Positions 49,386-64,000 of a stretch of DNA of 64,000 nt are shown here, one piece after another. The notes beneath the pieces were generated by a model. It was not told where the DNA came from. It saw nothing but the letters and a program-made list of their open reading frames with translations, and did not search any database. Positions within the stretch are counted from its first letter, which is position 1; each line of letters begins with the position of its first letter. Source of the DNA: Salpingoeca rosetta (Eukaryota > Protista > Choanoflagellata); contig JAWQFM010000028.1 of the NCBI GenBank assembly GCA_033442325.1, forward strand, positions 1 to 64,000, in the 5' to 3' direction. The translations under genes and the position numbers were made by a program.

Positions 49386-52147
49386 CCATCCACACACACA
49401 CACACACACACATTTTCTCTCTCCCTCTTCCCTCTTCTTGATGCAACGCTCACTGCTGCCTGCGCGCTGACACTGGCCATGATTTGCAGGGCATGTGATG
49501 TCATGATCCAGATGCCACTGAGCACAAAGGAGATGGCGGACGTGCTGCTGTTCCTGTGGGAGCTCGTACTGTGCCGTCCCCCAGATCGCTTCTTCTGCAA
49601 CGAGCCCCTCCTCGCACTCCATGCCTGGCTCAGGTCAGTTCATCAGCGCAGTGGCTGCTGTCGTGTAGTGTCTTGTCGATGTGTCTTGGGCACGTGATGG
49701 TGCGGTGTCTTGTCGATGTGTCTTGGGCACGTGATGGTGCGATCGACACGTGTCGTCACTGTATCGCTGTTACGACCCTTGCAACCATGATAGCCATTGT
49801 TTTGTTTTTCCTTCCCCTGCTGTGTGCGCACCATGTCACTGCACGCGGCACGACTGACCGCCACCCACTTCCCCACGTGCAGGCGGGCGGCGTGCATGCT
49901 TGAGCCCGGTGACGTGCAGCTGCCATGGCGACCAGCGTACAAGGTCTGGAAGCTCGTCAAGTGGGTGCCATCCCGCCTCAGTGGCAACCTTGTGTAAGTG
50001 AACGGTGTCGCTGGCAAGCGCTTCCTGTGTTGTAGCAGCTGAATCACACACACACACAGCTGATGGCTGCACCCTTCCCGCTTCAGTGTCGTGCCCTGCC
50101 TGAAGTTGCCGATGAACCTGCGGCGCGCGTGTGTGTGTGTGTGTTTGTTTGTTGGAAGATACACCGCCCACTCTCTATAATCACGAATTTGTCTTGCCCC
50201 CGGAGCGCCTGCTTTCTCGTCCCTTTGTTGTTCTCTCACTCGCCCTTCCCCAAATGGCTGTCATGCATCTCCCTTGCCCACTGCTGCTGGCAGCAACACG
50301 GCCGTGCTTGAGCAGGTGATCACCTATGCCAACCGCTTCTTCACGCCCGGGTCCGATGCAGAGGTTATGGCTGAGCTGAGGCCTTACCTCTGCGGCACAG
50401 ACACGAGCCTCGAATACGCATGCACCACCCTCTTCTTCTTCATGCCCAGCAGACCACAGTCAGTACCGTCGTTTTAGCTTGTGCTTGTGTGTGTGTGTGA
50501 ATATATATGTGTGTGTATGCATCTGTGTGTGTGAATGTGTGTGTGTGTGTGTGAATGTGTGTGTGTGAATGTGTGTGTGTGTGAATGTGTGTGTGAATGT
50601 GTGTGTATGTGTGTGTGTGAATGTGTGTGTGTGTGAATGTGTGTGCGCTTGTATGTTACACCTTCTCCGTGCAGCTTTAACCGCTGTCCACATAACTTCT
50701 GACCGCCAACCAACATCACCGTGGCCACACCACTCGAACCGCCTCCATTCACCATTCCCCTATGCACAAACACACCCACACCCACGCCAACACCAACACA
50801 CCTTGTTCTTGTGTGAGCAGTGCGTGGTATGCGGCTGGGGTGGACTGCGTGCCGTGGCGGCATGAGATGGCGCAGGTGTGGGAGCACGCGCGGCGGCACA
50901 TATCGTCCAAGTCAGCATGCATGGCGACGCTGGCGCGGGCCATCCGCATTGGCATTGGGCGCGTCGACCTCGCTGACATGCGGCCAGTCATCTTCAAACA
51001 GGTTAGCACGAAACGTCGTGTCACTTGCACCGTTGGGACAGGCAATGCATCCTTGGCTACACCACCCTCTACATCACTTTCACTCACTCGTGCACCCTTT
51101 TCGACACCCCCCCCCACACACGCACACACGTGACAGGTGCTGCGGTACGTGCGGCTGAACCCGAACGAGCCCCCCGGCCGCGACCAAAGCCCAATGTTCC
51201 ACCTGAGCGAGAGCCGCGCCTTCGTCTGGCTCTGCCTCCCGAACGACGACGAATTCTGGGTACGCACCGTGGCGTGTACATGCGTGTGTATGTATGCATG
51301 TGTGTAAGTATGTGTAATTATGTGTTTGTATGCATGTGTATGTATGTGTGTAATTATGTGGTGTATAAGTATGTGTATGTGTGCGTGTGCGTGCGTGGCT
51401 GTGATCCTTTGTTGGTTGCTGCTGGTGATCATCATTGTTGTTACGTCAATCAAAAACGTGTTAACCCATGTCCAAACTCACAATATCTCCGCCACCCACC
51501 TTTCACGCTTCACCCTTCACTGTAGGCGTTTGTGGATGATCTTGTGCATGTGCTTGAGCCTGAGCTGCACCCGTCCAACGCGGGCCACCAGCAGCAGCTG
51601 TGCGCAAATTTCGTCTCCGCCGTCATTCAGGGCTTCCTCGCCCGCCGCGAATCTGAGATGGACCCCCGCACCACCATCCCGGAGCACGCCAGGTCAGCAC
51701 CACCCATGGCGGGCGACCCCTGTTGTGCTGTTGTGCTGTTGTGCGGGTGTGCTGTTGTGCTGGTGTGCTGGTGTGCTGGTGTCTGTTGCCGTGCTTTGTT
51801 CCCTGGCTCGTGGTCACGTACTGCGGCCGTTCCTGTGCTCTTGTGTGCGGCAGCAACAACCCATGTCACGTTTTCGTGTGTGACGTCTCACGCTCGCCAC
51901 TGGGCTTGTTTCCCGAAACGCCATTACGCCACTTGCACCTGTTGCTCGCATCCACACAGGCTGAAGCAAGGGGACTACGACCGCCTGTTTGACGCCTTCA
52001 AGGAGAGCGTGCTGCGCTGCCTCAACTCAAAGGACCCCGTAAGCAATTGCTCGCTCGAGCTCGCTCATGTCGCTTTGTATCTGGCCGCAACAAACCCGTT
52101 TCTCCTTTGCGTCTTGCTCCACTTCCACAACAACAACAACAACAACT

Positions 52148-52190
<43 letters not shown>

Positions 52191-52213
52191 CTTAAACAAC
52201 AACAACAACAACT

Positions 52214-52262
<49 letters not shown>

Positions 52263-52426
52263 CTTAAACAACAACAACAACAACTTAAACAACAACAACA
52301 ACAACTTAAACAACAACAACAACAACTTAAACAACAACAACTTAAACAACAACAACAACAACTTAAACAACAACAACAACAACAACAACTTAAACAACAA
52401 CAACAACAACAACTTAAACAACAACT

Positions 52427-52471
<45 letters not shown>

Positions 52472-55400
52472 GCTTAAACAACAACAACAACAACAACCTA
52501 CACCGCTTGAATGCCTCCCCCCCCCCCTTCATCCATCGACACTTTGCATGCCGGCGTCTCCTTCATTCATCAACCTGCCCCACCTCCACTCCCTTTTCAC
52601 TGCTGCCCTTTGCTCCACCACCACCTTCACCACAACACGCAAATCCGATGCCCCTCCCCACCACCAGGCCATTGTGCAGCTTGGGCTTGCCGGCGCCATG
52701 TACATGTGCATGCTCTCACCGCGCCGCTTCGTCCCATGGGTCGTCGACCAGATGTACTCTGGTCTCGAGGTGAGCTGATGATACTGCTGCTCCCATCGTC
52801 CACCTCGTCTCATCCTCCCCTTTGTTTCTCCTCAGTGACATCAATTTGCCCCATCCCCTTCTCATCGCTCGCACCGTCGTCGTCCTCTCTTCATCTAACC
52901 CTCTCTCCGTTCCCTCTCACCTCACACCACCTCGCCAAACCACGTGTTTCTGTAGAGCCTGGAGAGCCACCGGCTGATTGCGACGCTGCTGCTGCTGAGC
53001 GGCATCCCCAAGTTTCTCTTCTCGCCGACATTTGTGCCCAACGGCGATGCGCACCTCATCCCGCTGCTGCACGCGCTCCTGCCCGCGCTTGACGTCAACG
53101 ACCCCAACAAGTCGCTCGAGGCCATGAACGTGCTCATGGAGGTGACGCAGACGGTCACGTTTGTGGACTGTTCCAACGCCATCCCGGACGACGCCAGCGC
53201 GGAGGAGCAGGAGGCCATGGAGGCCACGTGCCAGATTGAGTCGTGGCTGGACGCCTTCCTGGACACCATGTTTGAGCTGGTGGAGAACATGTCTGGGCTG
53301 AGCACGCCGGCCGGGTGGCGCAACGCGTCGCTGTCCTTTGACGCCATGCTGCAGGGCGCGTTTATGCAGCTCAGCCCCGAGCTGGCGAACCGGGCCGTGG
53401 ACAAGACGGCGACGTGGCTGCTTACGCGGGCCGTGAACCGCTCCAACGGGTCCATCAAGGCCGTCGCTCGCAGCGCAGCCATCTGCAATCCAAAGCGCAT
53501 GCTCGACAAGGTGCTGCCCACGCTGACAGAGAAGCTGCTGGACCTGTGCGCGCACGAGGCGACGATTGACGAGGCGAAGCGGGAGGTGATGGGCCGCATG
53601 ACGCTGCTCGTGTCGTACCTCGACGTGTGGCGGAGCATCATCACCCAGCTGGACCCCGCGGTCATGGAGCACAAGGACAGCATCATGGCCGTGTTCCGCG
53701 CCGTGCTGCGGCTGCGCGGCCAGGGGGCGGTGCAGCGGGCGGCGGATACGCTGGGCGTGCTGCTGGAGCGGCTCACGCTGCCGTGGATGCCGGACAGGTC
53801 CGCCGTCACCGTGGATGACCGGCAGGGGAAGACGGACATCGACCCCGTGACCATGTTCCGGCGCAGGTTCTACTCTGGCATGAGCGAGGACGAGGTGACC
53901 GAGAGCATCTTCACGTACAAGTTCCTCAAGCCGCTGGTTGACGGCACGCTGGACCCGCGCTGGCGGAAGCCGACGGCGGAGACGCGTGCGTTTGCAGAGG
54001 AGCTGGTGGCGGCGTTCTACGACGACGCCGTCGCCTTTCTCAGGGAGTGCACCACCAAGACGAGCAAGGAGGCCGCAGCCACGGTGGACCGCGACATGCT
54101 GCGCACGGCCCTCTCCATTGTGGAGTGCGTGGCAGACACGCCGACGGTGGTGTGGCCGTTCACGGCGGACAAGTTTGATGCGCAGGAGGGCGGCATCCCC
54201 GGCGCCCCCTTCAAGACGCAGCCGCCGCGGCACTGGGTGGAGCCGACGTGCGAGCGGGCACATGAGCGGCGCGGGGAGCTGATTGAGGTGCTCACGGCGC
54301 TGGTGCCGTGGGCCATGGAGCACCGCGCGTCGGACGTCAAGGTGCTCAAGGCGTGTGTCATCTGCGCACAGGTCACGCTGGTGCCGAGCACACGCGCGCA
54401 GTCGCGCATTGCGGGCGCGGTCGGGCACGTCGGCGAGACGTCGACGGCGTTGTCGCGGGCATACCTGATGGGAATGCTGGAGGAGCTTGACGCTGCGCGG
54501 TACGACATGGACCTGGTGGTGCAGCCGCTGCTGGCCACGGACGTGCCGCTGGTGCAGGCCATTGTGGAGACGCTGCGGTCGCCGCTGCCGGACGTGCGGT
54601 TTGTGGCGGAGCACGTGCTGCTGCAGATTTCCGACCTGTGCTGGAACCGCGGCGTGCCGCTCATCTTCGACATGCTGCTCGAGCTGTGGGACCAGGTGCG
54701 CACAGATCCCGTGGACGACGCAAAGCACGCGCTCATGGGGGTGCTGGCGCTGCTCTCCACGCCGACCATGAGCGGATGGACCGCGCAGGACAGCGGCCGT
54801 CTCCTGCGCGTGTACCGCCTGCTGCGCCAGTGCACCCACTTTGAGGACCAGGAACTGTACGACCAGCTCAACGCGTTTGCGGCGACACAGTGCTCCAACC
54901 TGCCCGGGTTCCCATGGCCCGTGCCGCACTCGCCATCGTGCCTGCAGGCAGCCCACCGCCTGCCAACCACCGCACGCCGCCAAAACAACGACAAGACGTC
55001 AAAGAGCGAGGCAGCCGAAACAGAACAGCAGCAGCAGCAAGAAGGTGCAGGAGAAGGGCGCATGGATACTGCGCAGGACGAAGGCGGGGCGAGTGCATCT
55101 GGTGTTGACGCGTACGGGCGGCCGCGGCGCCGGCAGTCAATTGTGCAGTGGCGCCGGGAGCAGTCGCACTCTACGCAGGAGGTGATGCTGCTGGCCCTGG
55201 ACGCCCTCAAGGCGCCAGACCTGACGTGGAAGCACAAGCTGTGGTTTGCCAGCGTGGCAGGCTTCCTTGCCTCTGCCACGGAGACGCTGCACCCGGAGGT
55301 GGTGGGCTTCCTCTTCCGCAACCTGGTGTCGGACGAGCCTGCGCTGCGGGAGGGCTGCCAGGTGGCCATGGTGCGCGTGCTGCAGGCCCTCAAGACGCCC

Positions 55401-57302
55401 GTCGCAAAGGTGGACGTGCGCGTGACCCAGGACGGCGACGTGGTGGAGGTGAACGGCCCGTACTGCTGGCGCCGAGTCGCCTCTATCGACCAGCCGTTCC
55501 GTGGCGACCTGGCCGACCTGCAGCAGCGCGACCAGGACCCAAGCTGCGGCGGCGGTACTGGCGGTGATGGCGGTGGTGGCGGTGATGGCGGTGATGGCGC
55601 CGGCAACACCACGCCTGCACACCAAGACCAACAGCAGCAACAGCAGTCGTCGTCGTGGTCGTACAAGCATCAGCACTTTGGGTACCGCAAGGACACGCGC
55701 GTGGTGTGCCCAAAGATTGATCCTGCAACCATGCAGGTGCAGGACATTGGGGAGGACGAGGTGTACTTTGACAAGCCGTTCTGGGGCTGGTATGCGTGGC
55801 CGTCTGTGGTGCGCACCTACGCGCCGGAGAAGTACCAGAGCTTCGACCACTTTATCGGCCGCCACCCGGCGCCCACGGAGAAGGACACCCGCGTTGGTGA
55901 GGACGGGGCGCCGGTGTCGCCGTGCATGGACGTGGAGCACATGCTGGCTGCGTCGCGGGCGGTGATTGAGCTTGAGCTGCAGGACCCGGCCTTTCTGCAC
56001 CGCCTCATTGGCTTTCTCAAGGAGGACACGTTTACGAGCCTGAGGCGGGTGAGCCACCTGTTCAAGGGCCTCTTCCGCAACTACGGGTACGCGCTCGTGC
56101 CGCTGGTGCTGCCGGATGTGGCGACGCTGTGCCAGTCGACGCTGCGGCAGGACCACCGCGCTGCCGCGGGCGTGCTGCTGGGGCTGCTGCGTGGCAGCAA
56201 GCACTGGCCGCGCGCAGACAAGGTGAAGATGCGCGCGGAGGTTGAGCCGCTGCTGGAGGGCACGCTGCTGACCATGCCGGCCTCTGTGATGCGGGCGTGG
56301 ACGGCGCTGGTGCAGCTGACGGTGTGCGAGCACGACCCGCGCCGCTCTGCGTGGCTGATGAACCTGCTCCTGCGCAAGTACTTTGAGCCAGACCCCACGC
56401 GTACGGCGCTGCAGAAGAACGTGCTTGGGTCGGCGCTGTCGGCGGTGCTCGGGGAGCTGTCGTGGCGCGCGCGGCACATCTCGCGGCTGGTGATGGAGAA
56501 GGCAGCGGCCGATGTCCCGCACGCGTACGGGCTGGTGCGGCAGACGGCCGTGGGCCTCATTGTCTGCGGCTACACGGCGCTCGTGCCAACCAAGAACCCG
56601 CTCTGCACCACAGAGGCGACGACCGTGACAGCAGCCGCGGGAGGCGTCAAGGGCGGTGCACAAGGCAAGGAAGCGAGTGAAGGCGGCGTTGAGGACCAGG
56701 CTTCCAGCGCCAAGGGCGACCAGGCTGATGCCGAGACTGAGGCTGAGATTGATGCTGATGAGGAGGCGCAGTTCCTGGCGGCGTTCACGGCGTCGCTGAT
56801 GGCGCCCCTGCGTGCAGCCGTTGAGACGACGCCGACCACCCCAGCAGCGCACCTCGGCGAAGGCAAGTTTGATGTCCTGAGCGAGATTGGCGTGCCGGGC
56901 GAGAAGCGGGCTGTGGAGGCAGCGAATGCTCGTGGGGACATGGCAACCAAGCGCGCAGCCCTCATCGCCATGGACACGGAGGCTGATGGTGGTGTTGCCG
57001 ACAGCGACGCGGTTGCTGTTGACACGCGCGCGCACCGCCACCACCGCTTCCACCACGGCGGCCCCCGCGAGCAGCACACGCACCGCCCGCGCCCGCACCC
57101 GCATCCGTCCAGCGGTCAGCCAGTATCGCCGCCACCAGGCACAGGCGAAGGCGGCGAAGGTGTTGTGTTGTCTGTCCCCGAAAACGTGAGCTTTGAGGAG
57201 TTTCAGCAGCTCATGCAGCAGCAGCTGGCGCAGCTGAAGATTCCGAGCGACCAGGCCCAGCAGATGATGCGGCAGATGCACGAGCAGGTCACCCGCCTCC
57301 AC

Positions 57303-57338
<36 letters not shown>

Positions 57339-58432
57339 CTGTCATCACCGTCTCCACCACCGTCGTCGGTACCACAGCGCCTGCGCCCGCCCCCAACCCT
57401 GGTCCAGCAGCAGCAGCAGCAGCAGCAAGGTGGTGGCGCGAGTGGGATGAGCACCACAACTGCGAGTGCTGCGGCCAGTGGGGGCGGGAGCCGCAGCATC
57501 AGCCCTGCGAGCGGCGGTGGCGGCGACGACACGCTGCCGGAGGACGAGAAGCGGCGCCTCAAGGCCGTGTGCCACCTCATTGGCCATGCCAGCCGCTTTT
57601 CTTCGCAGCAGGAGATTATGGTGCTCTTCCTGGAGCACGCCGAGGTGCTGCTGGACTTGCTTGAGCGGGTGAGCGACAAGGACCTGTCCCGCAGCTGCAA
57701 GGTGAGCCTGCGCCGGATGGTTGCGCACAGCACGGTTGAGTCTGGGCGCCGCCTGTGCAACTACCTGCAGGTGGGCGCGTGCACGTGGCACACCAAGGCG
57801 CTGGTGCTGTCGCTGCTGACGACGGTGGCGCGCAACACGTTCCCGCACGTCGATCCGTGCGTGACGGAGACGACCATGTCGCACCTGGAGGACCCGCAGG
57901 TGGAGGTGCAGCAGGCCGCGTCGCAGTGCGTGACGCTTCTGACGCGCATGGGGGTGCTGCGCGGCATTCCCTCGCTGCTGCAGGAGTTTATGTCGCGGGC
58001 GGAGGCGAAGGTGCGGCGGGTGAAGCGCGCCCCCGTGGTGAGCAGCACGCCGCTCGGGCCCGAGCACCAGCCGCTGTCGGCCGAGGAGAAGGCAACGCTG
58101 CGGCGCAAGCACAGCGGCGTGCTGGGCGTGTCTGCCCTCATTAACGCGCACCCGTACGACATGCCATCTTGGATGCCAAAGGCGCTCCTCCTCCTCGCTG
58201 CCCACACCACAGACGTCAACCCAATCAAGTGCGTGTGTGGATGAACTTGCGTATGCGTTTTGTTTGTTCGCGTGTGCGGTTTCGTTTGTGTGCATGTGTC
58301 CGTGTGTGTGCTTGTGGTTTGCCGATTCAAGGGCTTGCTCTGCCGGCTTTGGTTTATTTGATGTTGCTTGCTTGTCGGTTGTTGGCTATGTTTGTGTATT
58401 CGTGTTCCATCACTCGTTCCCACACACATGCA

Positions 58433-58491
<59 letters not shown>

Positions 58492-58642
58492 CACAAACAC
58501 ACGCAGGAGCACGGCAAACAAGGCGCTGACGCAGTTTTGGAAGACACACAAGGAGGCGTGGCACGAGATGAAGAACCAGCTGACAGCAGAGGAGCAAACA
58601 ACGCTGCAAGACGTGCTCATCTCGCCATCGTACTACGCTTAG
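48898..58642 (+). CDS. PSME4: Proteasome activator PA200/Blm10
   Basis: DKLLPY near the N-terminus, [87 protein letters not shown], and the HbYX terminus ISPSYYA* (TAG 58640-58642). The start is either ATG 48898 or ATG 48979 (same frame). Confidence 0.95.
52126..52497 (+). repeat. (AAC)n array punctuated by TTA, in a PA200 intron
   Basis: About 370 bp of AAC runs are interrupted by CTTAAAC. Confidence 0.95.
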
Positions 58643-59746
58643 AGCGACTTTGTCTGGTTGTCCACCTCGCTGTAGCTTGGGGGCTGACTGGAAGTTGATG
58701 TCCGTGGTGCTGTTGCCGTTGGCGCTGGTGTCTGCATGCTCGCTGACCCGAGTGCCGGGTAGATGCCCCTCTCTTGTTGCATCTGTGACACGGCCGTGTT
58801 GTACGAAGGCACGCGGTCCACCGGCCCGCCTTCCCCTGCTTGTTGTGGTGGTGGGAGTTGTGGTGATAGTTGCTGTCCTGTGTATGCGTAGTGTGGTTTG
58901 CTTTGGCTGTCGTTGCTGGAGCGGCTACGGTAGTCGTCATTGTCATCATCGTCATCAATGTCATGTCCGTCGTTGTCATTGCCGTGCGCGTGCGTGTCTG
59001 TGCTTGCGTCGTTGCTGTGGTCGCGTCTCGAGGGGCGCGGGCTGCGGTGCTTTGCGTGAATAGACAGTCTGTCAAACCACTGGTCCCGCAGTGCTGCCGT
59101 GTCAAAGGCGAAGTCGTACGCCGTGCCCTTGGCGCGCAGCGAGATGCCTGGCCCGTTCTCTGTCTCCACAGCCTTGATGCTGTCGATTTGCGTTCGTACA
59201 ATGGACGACTCTGGGTGATATGACTGCGCAACATGCCGGTGTGGGATGCAGTTATGGGGGCGGCGACAAGACGCGATTGGTGAGGAGCAAGGTTGTGTTG
59301 TTTGGAAAGTGGAAGGAAGGGAAGATCGAAACGGAGGGGAGGGGAGATCGAAACGGAGGGGAGGGAAAGGGCAGGGAAGATCGAAGAGGGGTTGACATGG
59401 CATGAGACGTGCAAGGAACGAATCACATCACAACGTTAAATGGACGAGTCAGATGCGGCCGGACACACAGATGGGAGTAGTAGTCACAACGTGGTGTGTG
59501 AGGTGTGGTGTGTGTAGAAACATGCAACGCCAACACAGGAGCACTGCAGCCCTCCTCACTTTGGGGACAACTTACGCCTTCGCCAGCTTTGATGTGCAGG
59601 TAGGACTTTTCCAGGACCAGGAACTTGTGCTGCCATGTCTTGCCCATGACGCGCTTGCTGAAGGAGCTGATGACGCCACCGAGCATGCCGCCCGCCTGCG
59701 TGTACACCTGCGCAGGCGACCACAGCTCCTGCTTTCCAGACGACAT
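58639..59746 (-). CDS. Small PH-domain protein with a disordered tail carrying PPxY
   Basis: Two exons (59746-59576 and 59223-58639) are joined by a phase-0 GTAAG..CAG intron. KTWQHKFLVLEKSYLHI...YDFAFDTAALRDQWFDRL is a PH-like pattern with the conserved Trp helix. The tail is [15 protein letters not shown]. Confidence 0.75.
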
Positions 59747-60234
59747 TGTTTTCTATGTTCTCTGTTAGTCGGCGGTGGATTGGACGACAAGTGTTTGTCT
59801 GTGTGTGTGTGAGCACAACGTGAGCGTGCAAGGAAGGACACTTGCTTGCTTGACAAGGTTGGAGAGAGAAGGGAAGGGTGTGACTGTGCCTGCAAGCAAC
59901 AGAAGAGCTGAGAGACTGGCGGATGGATGAATCATGTCACTACCAGTTTGCCAATTGCAAATGTGAGTTGTGGTTTACCAATTGCATCAAGTGTCCTGCC
60001 TTGCTTGTTGCTTTTTGCTTCTTCTTGTTTGTGTTGGTTGACGTGGAAGTTGGTGTGGTCGTGGACGGCGGTGGTGGTGCATCCAAACCGTGCTGCCTTG
60101 CTTGCTGCCTCGCTTGCTTGCTTGCTTGACTCGACAGACAGCGAAGCCCTGGTGAGCACCTGAGCGCAAGGTCTTTGTTTGGGCCGGACGGTGGCCTGTT
60201 GAGGAATCCGAGCGACAGTCCAAACCCCACGGCC

Positions 60235-64000
<3,766 letters not shown>

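Noticed and set aside
51532-52773. 413-aa polyN ORF and overlapping polyQ ORF
   Set aside because: This is the (AAC)n intron of PA200; the flanking exons splice around it.

Overview
This is intron-dense, GC-rich eukaryotic genomic DNA, not bacterial. Its short introns are packed with (CA)n/(GT)n microsatellites. The animal-like gene set and this intron style suggest a unicellular holozoan, most likely a choanoflagellate such as Salpingoeca (inference). Most long ORFs in the supplied track are artefacts of microsatellite translation; the gene models below were spliced by hand using GT..AG boundaries, and family calls rest on motifs recalled from memory, not on database searches. Gene order: hypothetical (-), Rab5 (-), AGK/DAGK-like (-, partial), hypothetical (+, partial), Akt/PKB (-, partial), a C1-C2-FN3-CCCH-UIM-HECT E3 ligase (+), ES1/GATD3 (-), U2AF35 (+), tRNA-Asp, CWC25 (+), a second identical tRNA-Asp, ZIP7 (-), CPTP/GLTP (+), a probable SPO16/SCRE/PTD-like meiotic gene (+), a ZnT9-like CDF-TPR fusion (+), PA200/Blm10 (+), a PH-domain protein (-) and ERLEC1 (+, runs off the window). 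Five 100-N gaps are present. Main points of interest: the SPO16-like gene, the CDF-TPR fusion, the HECT architecture, an Akt with Asp at the Ser473 position, convergent genes with overlapping stop codons, and introns in which (GT)n/(CA)n repeats appear to replace the polypyrimidine tract.
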